A stretch of DNA of 64,000 nt from a virus. The stretch is taken from IMG/VR virus record IMGVR_UViG_3300046001_005260, positions 4,036 through 68,035 of that record; one strand, written 5' to 3'. A model generated the notes under the pieces. It worked only from the letters and a program-made list of their open reading frames with translations. It searched no databases and was not told where the DNA came from. Below, piece after piece: positions 1-8,474 of the stretch (position 1 is its first letter; every line of letters starts with the position of its first letter). The translations under genes were made by a program, and so were the position numbers.

Positions 1-177
1 AACCGCATTCTGTCCGATGCGCAAAAATGGCGCTGGCGAGTCAATCAAATCGACGGTTTCAACCTTCTTGTCCAACTGCGGTTCTAACTCGTCACTTTCC
101 AGCATAGTGCCGAAATCGACAAGCACGGTGTTCGCGCCTGCCGGGTCGTATGTTAGTCGCCAATTGGATGATGTCAT
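1..177 (-). CDS. 5' part of a tail protein (homologue of 38576-40465), truncated by the window edge
   Basis: MTSSNWRLTYDPAGANTVLVDF matches MTSSQWRLTYDPAGANTVLVDF of phage B. Confidence 0.85.
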   Translation of the reverse strand, partial: MTSSNWRLTYDPAGANTVLVDFGTMLESDELEPQLDKKVETVDLIDSPAPFLRIGQNAV

Positions 178-190
178 TCGGTCGATTTGG

Positions 191-694
191 TTATACGCTC
201 AAAGATGCGGCTTGCTCAAACATATCGTTCACTTGCTCTTCCGACAGGCTCAGCGCAACGGCCAAGCTCAGGATCGTCGGCGATTGGCGCGGAAAATCCG
301 CGTTGTTGTCCCACGCGCTTTTGATGATTGTTCGCTGCGGTTCGTCCAGCGATTCAATCGCCGTTTCAGCGGCGGTCAGCAATCCCATGAGCGAAAGCAC
401 GGCCTTTGCCTGCCATGCCTTGATTGAGTCGGTTGGAGCTGGTTCCGTCGCGGAGGATTGCAACGCGGCAATCTCCGCCTCAAGCTCAGCAATGCGAGCG
501 AGCGCAGCGGCGTTTACCGATCCAAGGATCGACGCCGATAGCTCGGTCGGGATTGGCCGTGCCTGCCCCGGCTTTTCGGTTATCACTTCGCCGCTATCGT
601 CAATGTAGCGAGTCAATTCGACGTAATGAGCGCCAGCCAATTTGCCATCTTTGAAGCGCAAAAGGATTTCATCAGGTAGGTTTTGAGTGGTCAT
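191..694 (-). CDS. Tail-fibre-associated protein (possible chaperone)
   Basis: Follows the fibre gene; C-terminal W..A.DFPR.SP....LA.AL.LSEEQV.DMF..A motif typical of fibre-adjacent phage proteins. Confidence 0.55.
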   Translation of the reverse strand: MTTQNLPDEILLRFKDGKLAGAHYVELTRYIDDSGEVITEKPGQARPIPTELSASILGSVNAAALARIAELEAEIAALQSSATEPAPTDSIKAWQAKAVLSLMGLLTAAETAIESLDEPQRTIIKSAWDNNADFPRQSPTILSLAVALSLSEEQVNDMFEQAASLSV

Positions 695-697
695 AAG

Positions 698-1684
698 TTA
701 TGAAATTATTGCTCGGTCAGTTACTCTCCGCCAGTTGGTTCCGTCTGAAAAACATAGTACGGCTCCGCCAGATTCGTTGGATACATAGATGGTTGACCCG
801 GAGGAGATAGATGCAGATGGTACGGTGGCGACGGTGAACGATTTCAGTTGCACCGTGTTGTCGCAAATCAGGTTTGCTAGCTTTAACGAACCTGCGAAAC
901 TACCGTTAGCTCCAGTTCCTATTCCAAGGAGGCCAGCAGACAAACGGCTTAAACTTGTGTCTTTTGTAGATGTTGGAGTGCTAGAACTCCACGTTAAATA
1001 AAATGTATTTGCCAACAATAACACCCCGCCGGATGTTGTCACGAATCTTGCGTCGGCCCCATAAAACCCAGTCGATGCGTTGACTATTGTCAACGTCGGA
1101 CTATCGCCAGTCCCCAACCCCGCCGCGTTTCGCAGATTCGCCTTTGTCGTCGCGTCGGTGGTTAGCGTACCAGCTGTTAGCGTGCCGCTGATTGTACCGT
1201 TGGTTAGTGCGGCAGTGGCGGCGGCAGTGGCGGCGGTGTCCGCGTGGGACACGTTGGCTGTTAGGAGATCATCCGGCTGCACGGCGCTGTCGGCTTTAGC
1301 GCCTTGGGCGGCAGTGGCCGCTCCGATGTCGCCCGGGGCCGTGATCTTGCCTTGGAAGATCGTTGAAAAGTAGGTTCCAAGCGTGCTCTTGATCGCGGCC
1401 CAGGTGAACTTTTTCCAGCCGAAACTGGCGGCGCTGTCTGCCAGGCCGATCTCATCCGCGTCCACGGGCGCGCCCTTCGCATCCGCAGCATGGACGATTG
1501 CTGCGATGGCCGCAGCATCTACGGTGCCATTCCCGCCACCGGCAGCCCATTCCGCCTCTGTCATCGGCGGGTCATCGGTGGTGGTGGCGAGGTAGGATTG
1601 ATAGGCAGACTTCCCGACCGGGCCAATTTCCCGCGACACGGCCGTTGTCACTTCTACCGTTCTAACGACAACCCTATCACTCAT
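698..1684 (-). CDS. Tail fibre / receptor-binding protein
   Basis: Ala/Thr/Gly-rich; N-terminal segment shared with 41566-42483; C-terminal IYVSNESGGAVLCFSDGTNWRRV fibre-tip-like motif. Confidence 0.7.
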   Translation of the reverse strand: MSDRVVVRTVEVTTAVSREIGPVGKSAYQSYLATTTDDPPMTEAEWAAGGGNGTVDAAAIAAIVHAADAKGAPVDADEIGLADSAASFGWKKFTWAAIKSTLGTYFSTIFQGKITAPGDIGAATAAQGAKADSAVQPDDLLTANVSHADTAATAAATAALTNGTISGTLTAGTLTTDATTKANLRNAAGLGTGDSPTLTIVNASTGFYGADARFVTTSGGVLLLANTFYLTWSSSTPTSTKDTSLSRLSAGLLGIGTGANGSFAGSLKLANLICDNTVQLKSFTVATVPSASISSGSTIYVSNESGGAVLCFSDGTNWRRVTDRAIIS

Positions 1685-2022
1685 GCTTCCTCCGGTCTAG
1701 TTGATGGCGTGGTGATCTTGATTTGCTCGGTCGGGATTAGGAACGTGCGAACGCCGTCGATTTCAACAAGCAAATCCCAGATATAACAGCCTTCTGGCAA
1801 CGACCATGTGTCTGTCGTGTCTAGCTCGAAATCCACGATATTCTCCTCACCAGTCCGCAGCGTGAAAGCGGTTGAAATGTCGGCAATAACCGCGCCTGTC
1901 CTGTCCCGAATCTCCGCTAGAAATGTCCCGCCGGTTAGGTCATCCGCAACACCGGCAGGCGTGGTGACGGTAATTCCCTCGGTGTAGGTCAAACCGCGCG
2001 TGATAGTTGTTGGCGTTGCCAT
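1681..2022 (-). CDS. Small tail/baseplate adaptor protein
   Basis: Homologue of 42480-42812; beta-rich; lies just before the fibre gene. Confidence 0.55.
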   Translation of the reverse strand: MATPTTITRGLTYTEGITVTTPAGVADDLTGGTFLAEIRDRTGAVIADISTAFTLRTGEENIVDFELDTTDTWSLPEGCYIWDLLVEIDGVRTFLIPTEQIKITTPSTRPEEA

Positions 2023-2025
2023 TGG

Positions 2026-2499
2026 TCAAGGTGATGCGATGGTGTTTGGTGGGGGCGGCATGGAAACGGGAACGAATCCGGTCAGATTAACAACTGGCGT
2101 CCCTGTTGCCGGTGCCGTTGGTTTCCATGCGTTCGGGTTGGTTGTCGTATGCCATGCGCCAGGCGGAACTCGATCCGGCGTTTCAACGTCTGCTGTGCTG
2201 GTCCATGATGCTGTCGAGCTTGAAAGCGCCCAAACGTCTCCGTCACTTGCAATGCCATCTGAACCGCTTCCAAATGACGGGCGATCAAAAAGAACACCGG
2301 CAAAATCCAGATTGCTGAAAGCCTCCGGCGTGCTTCCATCGCTGGTCAGCGTGCCTGTGACGGTGGCATAAACCACCTGAGATGTCGGTTGCTCCGGCTC
2401 ATCCGGTGACAGTGGAGAATACGCCGCATTAACCGCCACTGGCGCGGCTGGCGACAATGGCGAGTATGGGGGCAATGGTTGATCCGGAGCGGCTGGCAT
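2026..2499 (-). CDS. Pro-rich virion protein
   Basis: Termini homologous to 42809-43267, middle region different. Confidence 0.55.
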   Translation of the reverse strand: MPAAPDQPLPPYSPLSPAAPVAVNAAYSPLSPDEPEQPTSQVVYATVTGTLTSDGSTPEAFSNLDFAGVLFDRPSFGSGSDGIASDGDVWALSSSTASWTSTADVETPDRVPPGAWHTTTNPNAWKPTAPATGTPVVNLTGFVPVSMPPPPNTIASP

Positions 2500-2511
2500 G
2501 GCGGATTACGG

Positions 2512-3072
2512 TTAGGAACCGGACGGGAAGTTGACGCTGTTAAGCGCGACGCCTTTGATTTCGGTAAAGCGTAGAACCGGCTCAACAATTTGCGCGTTGA
2601 ACTCGGCGGTTTCCTCCAATCGGCATTCGCACCAACAATCAATCACAAAGCGGTCAGTCCCGCCAAGTTGCCGCCCCTGGATGCGCAGCCATCCTTCAAT
2701 TTTGCGGTCATTCTGGATGAACGGCGTTTGAGCGGTTCCGGTGGCAATGGCCGATGCTAGGCCGAATTGCAAGCGGTGAACCAATTCGCCCATTTGAGCG
2801 GTTTTCAGGATCACCCAATCCTGAATCGTGATCATCTTGTTGATCTTGGTGTAACCTCCAGACGCGAGCGGAACGGTGCGCTGAATGTCAACCGTTTCCT
2901 TGTCGAATTTGAAGTTGAGAACGTCGCCGATGGTGTAGGCGGTCCAGTTGGTTGTCGGGTCGTTGTCAGGCTTGACCGTTTTCGAGACGGTCACTGAATC
3001 AACGGTGGTCCCCTCAGGGATGAAATAGGCGAATGCGCCAAGCATGATTTCGGTTAATGCGGGAACGGCCAT
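2512..3072 (-). CDS. Putative tail tube (major tail) protein
   Basis: 186 aa, strongly conserved with 43344-43904; follows the neck genes. Confidence 0.6.
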   Translation of the reverse strand: MAVPALTEIMLGAFAYFIPEGTTVDSVTVSKTVKPDNDPTTNWTAYTIGDVLNFKFDKETVDIQRTVPLASGGYTKINKMITIQDWVILKTAQMGELVHRLQFGLASAIATGTAQTPFIQNDRKIEGWLRIQGRQLGGTDRFVIDCWCECRLEETAEFNAQIVEPVLRFTEIKGVALNSVNFPSGS

Positions 3073-3090
3073 GGTGTTTTTTCTTTTTGG

Positions 3091-3522
3091 TTAGAGTGTG
3101 ATTGTGCAGGAAAGGTTTACGCGCAAGGCGAGCAATTCGGTGTCTTGAATCGGGTCGATCCCTTTGACGGCAACGCGGGAATGGAAATGGCCACCGGTTT
3201 CTGGAATCCATCCATGAAGCGACTTGCAAACCGCTTCAATGATTTCATCGGCTGGCGTCTCGTTGCGGTGAATAACTGGCTTGAAAAACCCGGTTGCTGT
3301 GAAGTTGGTTAGAATGCGGACAAGCGAGTTGTTTTCGTCGGCATTCTGACCGCCGGTCCATGTGATAACGATCACGCCTTGACCTGTCTGCTTGCCTATC
3401 GACTTGCGGAGTTCGCTCGCAATGTCGCGTTGCCGGTCAACCACGATCTCCACGCCATAAAGCGCAGCATCCGCTTGCAAGCGGGCGGCCATAGCGTCGG
3501 CAGTGTCGTAAAATGCGGACAT
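3091..3522 (-). CDS. Putative tail terminator / neck protein
   Basis: Position and size; homologue of 43923-44354. Confidence 0.55.
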   Translation of the reverse strand: MSAFYDTADAMAARLQADAALYGVEIVVDRQRDIASELRKSIGKQTGQGVIVITWTGGQNADENNSLVRILTNFTATGFFKPVIHRNETPADEIIEAVCKSLHGWIPETGGHFHSRVAVKGIDPIQDTELLALRVNLSCTITL

Positions 3523-3524
3523 GG

Positions 3525-3968
3525 TTAGAAGTCAAGCAAAGCGGCCCCGCCGTAAGACGGGTAGGATGTGGATGATTGAACGGCTTCTGGAATCGTGCCA
3601 TCCGGTGATTCAATCGTGACCTCGCACGATGCGATTGATGTCAGGAACTCATGAGCCTTGCGCAATTCCTCACGCCTAACCTCAGTTGATCCCTCAGACA
3701 GTGGCAGCGATCCGACAAGCGCGTCACGGGCAATTGTGCAAGCGGCAAACAGGCATTCGCTAGGGATAGTCCCGGCACTTCCCATCTTGGCGAGGTTGGC
3801 GCGGCAGGATGCGACTTTGCCGCGAACCATTGCAGTCACCTGCGCGATGATCCCGGCGATAGCGTCAACTCCTGATTCCGCCGGTTGCGCCGCGTCCACA
3901 TAGGCGCAAAGCTCGTCATTCGACAAGCGCGCTTTTATGTGATCGGAAGTAATGGCAAGCCAGGACAT
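3525..3968 (-). CDS. Head-tail adaptor (Mu gp36/DUF1320-like)
   Basis: Helical, about 147 aa, after the capsid genes; homologue of 44357-44791. Confidence 0.6.
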   Translation of the reverse strand: MSWLAITSDHIKARLSNDELCAYVDAAQPAESGVDAIAGIIAQVTAMVRGKVASCRANLAKMGSAGTIPSECLFAACTIARDALVGSLPLSEGSTEVRREELRKAHEFLTSIASCEVTIESPDGTIPEAVQSSTSYPSYGGAALLDF

Positions 3969-3980
3969 AAGTCAGAAAAT

Positions 3981-4017
3981 GAAAGTCCCCGCCCGCTTTC
4001 GACGGCGAGCGGGGACC
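3981..4017 (-). terminator. Intrinsic terminator after the capsid operon
   Basis: 12-bp stem GUCCCCGCUCGC/GCGGGCGGGGAC then a U-rich tract; the 37 nt are identical to 44802-44838. Confidence 0.8.
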
Positions 4018-4042
4018 GGACATGAACACGAACAACCAACAA

Positions 4043-4438
4043 TCAGAACAGCAGGGAAACAGTGAACGACTGTGCTAAGCTCGCGCCTAGCGTGTCGCCT
4101 GTTTGGGCGATACGGATATACCGGCGAGTATTTGGAGGGATCGGGAACTCGACCGTCTTCGCGCCAAGAACAGAATCGGCGGCAGTGATGGTCGTTGAAA
4201 CCTTCGGGTCAACCGCTGCAAATGAAGAGTTGTCAGCGGAATCGTGCAGCGTGTAGGTGCAGATTTTGCCAGTGGTGGCAACGTCGGCAGGGCTGACGAT
4301 TTCAACCAGCAACCCTTCAATCAATCCGCCAGTGACCTGCTCAAGATCAAATGACGCGGAAACTGCGGATGTGGTATGAATTGGAGTCGAATCAATGAAA
4401 TTAGCGTCCTTTTGGCGGCGGGAGTGTAGTTGGGCCAT
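4043..4438 (-). CDS. Capsid cement/decoration protein (BPP-1 Bbp16-like)
   Basis: Directly after the major capsid gene; beta-rich with a P...RRYIR motif; homologue of 44865-45266. Confidence 0.65.
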   Translation of the reverse strand: MAQLHSRRQKDANFIDSTPIHTTSAVSASFDLEQVTGGLIEGLLVEIVSPADVATTGKICTYTLHDSADNSSFAAVDPKVSTTITAADSVLGAKTVEFPIPPNTRRYIRIAQTGDTLGASLAQSFTVSLLF

Positions 4439-4472
4439 GGTAGTGAGTCAGTTAGTTTTGAATCAGGGTGGA

Positions 4473-5420
4473 TTAGGCGGCTCCGAGAGTTTCGGTGTCA
4501 ACGATGTTGTCAGTGACGATGATCGGGATTCCGCAAGCGTGAGTTGGAATCGGCGCTACGGTTCCTTCCGCGCCTCCGGTTGCGCCCATCTTGCCGTTGC
4601 CTTGCAGCGTGACGGTGCGGGAGTCCTGAAGCTGTTGCAGCGACCGGCGAGACATGAACCATGCGTCCGGCTTGTATCCGACTGGATACTTGTGGAATAG
4701 CGCGTTGAGCTTGGCGTCGGTGCAACCCTTGCCGCTATCTGCAGTGAGGTTGTAAAGGCGACCGATGGCGTATGGATGGACGCATTGCATACCGATCCAT
4801 GCGGTGAGGTTGCTCACATAGGCGTCGTATTGCCCGCCGTTTGCATCGGTGATGGATTGTTCCTTGAACGGTGGCAGGCTGAGAACGGAACCGCCGCCGT
4901 AGATCATTTGAACGAATTGCGGCCCGAATTTCACGCCATAAACGCTCGATCCGGTGGTTGCGGTAGTGCCGCCCGCGTCAACCTTGATAGCGGCAGGACA
5001 GAGAGCGCGAAGGCCTGGGAAACCCTTTGAATCTTCGTCCACGCCATACCATACCTGTTTGCCGATTTCAATACCGGCAGACATGCCGACGCCGGATGCT
5101 TCGATGGCTTGGAGAGCGGCGGGGCCGTCTTCGTTTGCCATTGCAACCGCCTTGTCAACGTTGATAGCACCACGGAAGATGAAGCATTCAACCGTCTTCA
5201 CAGCGAATGAAGACTTGCTAGGCGCGATGCCTTCGTTTGCGTTGGTGAATCCAGTCGTCGGGATGCTGGTCCGGTCAACCGTTTTGTATGAGGTGCCTGT
5301 GACCGTGCGAGCGCCGATTGCGAGCAATTCGGGGGCTGCGGTAACGATGGATTCGATGAGTCCGACTTCTTTGGCGTGGCCGCGAAGTTTGGCGATGTCG
5401 AGGAGATTGAGATTAGCCAT
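4473..5420 (-). CDS. Major capsid protein
   Basis: 315 aa after protease/scaffold; L.LLD.AK start and GIPII.TD.I..TE end typical of BPP-1-like capsids. Confidence 0.85.
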   Translation of the reverse strand: MANLNLLDIAKLRGHAKEVGLIESIVTAAPELLAIGARTVTGTSYKTVDRTSIPTTGFTNANEGIAPSKSSFAVKTVECFIFRGAINVDKAVAMANEDGPAALQAIEASGVGMSAGIEIGKQVWYGVDEDSKGFPGLRALCPAAIKVDAGGTTATTGSSVYGVKFGPQFVQMIYGGGSVLSLPPFKEQSITDANGGQYDAYVSNLTAWIGMQCVHPYAIGRLYNLTADSGKGCTDAKLNALFHKYPVGYKPDAWFMSRRSLQQLQDSRTVTLQGNGKMGATGGAEGTVAPIPTHACGIPIIVTDNIVDTETLGAA

Positions 5421-5457
5421 GGTATTGAGTGGTTAGGCGATGTGAGTGGTGGGTGGA

Positions 5458-5928
5458 TTATTTGGCGGCTGCGAGTTCTTCTGCGAGCGCGGCTTCCAAA
5501 AGTGCGATTCCTGTCTTGCCTTCGTATTTGTCGGCGGTTTTTGCAGTGACCGTTCCGGATGTGACAAACGGCTTGTCAAGTCCGACATGCTGCTTTGGCA
5601 TTCCTGCGAGGATTTCTTCAGCGAACGTGTCTCCAGCTTCGATCTTGGTGCGGAACTTGTCCTGTGTCGCTTCGTCCTTCGGCGCAAGACGCCCATCGGC
5701 AACCGCAGCTTTAACGAGAGTTTCGGCGCGATCCTTGGCGGCTGCGGCGCACTTGGCTTCTGCGGCGTCTTTACCTTTCTTCAGGTCGGCCAGTTCCGCT
5801 TCCAGTTCGGTAATCCGTTTCGCCTTGTCGTTCATCTCGCCATCCATGGCGGTGAGTTTGGCGAGTGCCGATTGTTCGGCGGTTTCGTGTGCCGGGTCGA
5901 TCCCGAGTTTGGCAAGCAGTAGTTTCAT
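5458..5928 (-). CDS. Scaffold protein from an internal in-frame start (Mu Z-like)
   Basis: MKLLLAKLGIDP is conserved in both phages after a variable linker; an internal promoter lies upstream. Confidence 0.6.
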   Translation of the reverse strand: MKLLLAKLGIDPAHETAEQSALAKLTAMDGEMNDKAKRITELEAELADLKKGKDAAEAKCAAAAKDRAETLVKAAVADGRLAPKDEATQDKFRTKIEAGDTFAEEILAGMPKQHVGLDKPFVTSGTVTAKTADKYEGKTGIALLEAALAEELAAAK

Positions 5929-6444
5929 GATCGGCTTTTTGTTTGGTGAGATTTCAACCGCATCACTTGCGGCGATACGCGGAATTTCGCGAAATGCAGG
6001 CTCATTGACAAGCGCCCCGAGTGGCCCCCGGTTTGGGAGTCCTGCGGGAATGCCGGATTCGTCAATCAGGAACGTGGGAGAGAAATAACTGAAGTCCTTT
6101 CCTTCGATGGCCTCTTTGCCCGCTCCGGTCCATTCTAGCGCGCACATGACGCCTTGCCCTGGTTCGTAGCGGAACCCGGTTGGAAGCGCGCTAGCCTTGC
6201 CTCCCTTATGCTCGAAATCAAACCATGCTCGCACGTTTGATTGCTTGCGCTGGTCGAGAGCGGTTTGAAGCGTGGCGGCGATGTCGCTGCCTTTGGCTGC
6301 TTCCACGTTGACCGTGATCGTTTGAGCCTTGCCGTCAACGTATGGCGTGATCGTATGACTACCTTCAGGCAGGTAAACAATCTCATTCGGCAATCCTCCA
6401 TCGGGAAGGATGCTGGCGAATGCGGTGACTAAGCGGTGGTTCAC
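5458..6444 (-). CDS. Mu-like prohead protease I with C-terminal scaffold
   Basis: DFEH, EWT..G...I....FSYFSP and ALVNEP motifs, then a coiled coil. Confidence 0.85.
   Translation of the reverse strand: MNHRLVTAFASILPDGGLPNEIVYLPEGSHTITPYVDGKAQTITVNVEAAKGSDIAATLQTALDQRKQSNVRAWFDFEHKGGKASALPTGFRYEPGQGVMCALEWTGAGKEAIEGKDFSYFSPTFLIDESGIPAGLPNRGPLGALVNEPAFREIPRIAASDAVEISPNKKPIMKLLLAKLGIDPAHETAEQSALAKLTAMDGEMNDKAKRITELEAELADLKKGKDAAEAKCAAAAKDRAETLVKAAVADGRLAPKDEATQDKFRTKIEAGDTFAEEILAGMPKQHVGLDKPFVTSGTVTAKTADKYEGKTGIALLEAALAEELAAAK
6020..6031 (-). promoter_or_regulatory. Late-promoter box inside the protease gene
   Basis: CCGGGGGCCACT-N8-TTGTCA-N17-GAAATT. Confidence 0.7.
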
Positions 6445-6487
6445 GCCGTCATAAAACCCCGGCGGATAGGCTTTGACAACCGGGACG

Positions 6488-6499
6488 AATGGCCCCCGG
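6488..6499 (-). promoter_or_regulatory. Late-promoter box for the protease gene
   Basis: CCGGGGGCCATT-N8-TTGTCA-N17-TTTTAT-N6-GTG. Confidence 0.75.
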
Positions 6500-6507
6500 T
6501 TTTGCGA

Positions 6508-7161
6508 TCACTCAAACGAGTCCACAAACTCCTTGATTGCCGCCACTGCTGCCGCTGAAATAACTGCGTCGCTTGGCAAAATGCCCTTGTCTGGTTTGTG
6601 CCTGGTGATGGTTCGCAAGGTGTAGAGCAAAGCCCCGCCAACTTTCGGCAGGATGATCGTTTTGCCCTTGTTTGGGCCGTGTTTTGCTTTGATTTTGACT
6701 CCTTCTACGAGGTAGCCGACCGTCTCACGGCCTCGGGCTGCGAAGATGAACGCCAACGTGCCGGAGTCCTGCGGACCTACCCGCCGCCCGTCCTTGACTC
6801 TGACCTTGCTGCTAGGAATGGCAAGCGCCCGCGTTGCTTTGCCTGTGTGACTCGATAGCGACTTTCCGGGCGTTACGTTGCCGCCGTGGTAGCGCAAGCT
6901 GATTCCACGCTCTGTGAGCGTAACCGTGGCGCTTGTGGCGGTTGCGTCCGCTTCGGTAGATTCAATTACTCGCTCCCAGAAACGGAGTCCGTCATGGTCG
7001 CGCGGAAGGTATTTTGACCGCAAGTGGTCATCGGTAACGTCAGAAACCCGCTTGGCTATGTCGCCGTTCATTCCGATCCTGTCTTGCACGGCCATCGTGA
7101 TAGCTCTCAGGCTGGCGTTAGCCGCTGCCGCGTCAATCTTTACTGTCAGGCTTAGACTCAT
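6508..7161 (-). CDS. Mu gpG-like virion morphogenesis protein
   Basis: Lies between MuF and protease; homologue of 48174-48827. Confidence 0.55.
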   Translation of the reverse strand: MSLSLTVKIDAAAANASLRAITMAVQDRIGMNGDIAKRVSDVTDDHLRSKYLPRDHDGLRFWERVIESTEADATATSATVTLTERGISLRYHGGNVTPGKSLSSHTGKATRALAIPSSKVRVKDGRRVGPQDSGTLAFIFAARGRETVGYLVEGVKIKAKHGPNKGKTIILPKVGGALLYTLRTITRHKPDKGILPSDAVISAAAVAAIKEFVDSFE

Positions 7162-8474
7162 TCGGTCAATTCCTCCAACATGATATTGATCGTCCGCTTG
7201 CCCTTGTCTGACGAGAAAAGCGCAACCTTGAACTCTGACCCGCCAACGTAAACGAACCCCGGCTTGCCAGGTCTAAGCGCGCCAACGTCAACCGCCTTCG
7301 ACCCGTTCCGAACCGCAACAAGGACTTTCCACCCGTCGCCTGTCAGGCCAATCGCCTTGTTCGCGGCGGTGATTGAATCGGCGAAATCCCACCCGGCAAC
7401 ATCGGGCGGGATGGTGAATCTCTTGGCGTAAAGCCCGCGAATGAATCCAGCGGCGTCACTCGCTGCGAGCTTGAAAGCGCGGAAGATTTGCGCCGGCAAT
7501 GATTCGGTTTCGATTCGGTCGAATAGTCGCCGCAAAGTAACCCGGTCGGCAATCTTCTCCTTGGCTCTTCCAGCCTTCCACTTTGCCAGCGCGTCCTTTT
7601 GGGTCAGGATGTCAAATTCAGGCGGTGCCGGTCGTTTCCATAGCGCGTCGAGTTCCTTCGCCGGGTATTTCTTCGTCCCGTCTGGATCGGTAAAAATCAA
7701 CTTGTCGCCGTCCCATTTGACCATACGGCCCATGGTTTTGTCGATTTGCTCGCGCAAGTCCTGATCCTTGATTGCTGGCGTGACTTCTAGCCCATCGTTC
7801 ATCGACCGAAAGAGCGGTTTTTGCATCGCGTCATTGTTCGGGTCAAGCTGGAATCCTAGCTCTTTCGCCCGTGTCCGACTTACCCCTTTGACGCTCATTC
7901 CGCTGCCCCAATCAAACGGCGGCCAAGGTTGACCAAATCGGGAAAGCGCAACCCATATCGGGTGATTCAACAATGCGATCTTGAGAGTAGGATGAACGCC
8001 TGGCGTTCCAGCGGTCTCCTTCTTTGCTTCATTCCATCGGGTTTCCCAATCACGCGGAACCATGCGATTTCCTAGGCGATAGAACTCTTGCGCTGGCGTT
8101 GTCCGAATCCCGGTTTGACTCCTTACCCATTTGGCATGACCGCGCGCCATGCGTAGGTTTGTCGTCAAAACCACGTTGATTCGGTCGAGACTGGAAAGGT
8201 CTTGTAATCCGCCTTCTTTGCCTTGTGGCGGCTGGTATCCCTTTTCGCCAAGCCACATTCCGATTTCTTTCCGAACGGTTGCTTGGTCCCGTTCATTTCT
8301 CGCCACTTGCTCGGCACCATCACGAAACCGCTGCAAAATCTCAGCCTCAGTCACCCGCGCCATGAAGAACGCCCGCTGTCGGATCTCCGATGGAATGGTT
8401 TCCCACTCCGCGCTTGTCAATTCGGCGGGTAGATTCTCGCGCTTGGCAAACGATTTGAAAGCGTCATTTGTCAT
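7158..8474 (-). CDS. MuF-like minor head protein with C-terminal extension
   Basis: RAFFMARV, R...V..TN and PPFDWG motifs; follows the portal gene. Confidence 0.7.
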   Translation of the reverse strand: MTNDAFKSFAKRENLPAELTSAEWETIPSEIRQRAFFMARVTEAEILQRFRDGAEQVARNERDQATVRKEIGMWLGEKGYQPPQGKEGGLQDLSSLDRINVVLTTNLRMARGHAKWVRSQTGIRTTPAQEFYRLGNRMVPRDWETRWNEAKKETAGTPGVHPTLKIALLNHPIWVALSRFGQPWPPFDWGSGMSVKGVSRTRAKELGFQLDPNNDAMQKPLFRSMNDGLEVTPAIKDQDLREQIDKTMGRMVKWDGDKLIFTDPDGTKKYPAKELDALWKRPAPPEFDILTQKDALAKWKAGRAKEKIADRVTLRRLFDRIETESLPAQIFRAFKLAASDAAGFIRGLYAKRFTIPPDVAGWDFADSITAANKAIGLTGDGWKVLVAVRNGSKAVDVGALRPGKPGFVYVGGSEFKVALFSSDKGKRTINIMLEELTE

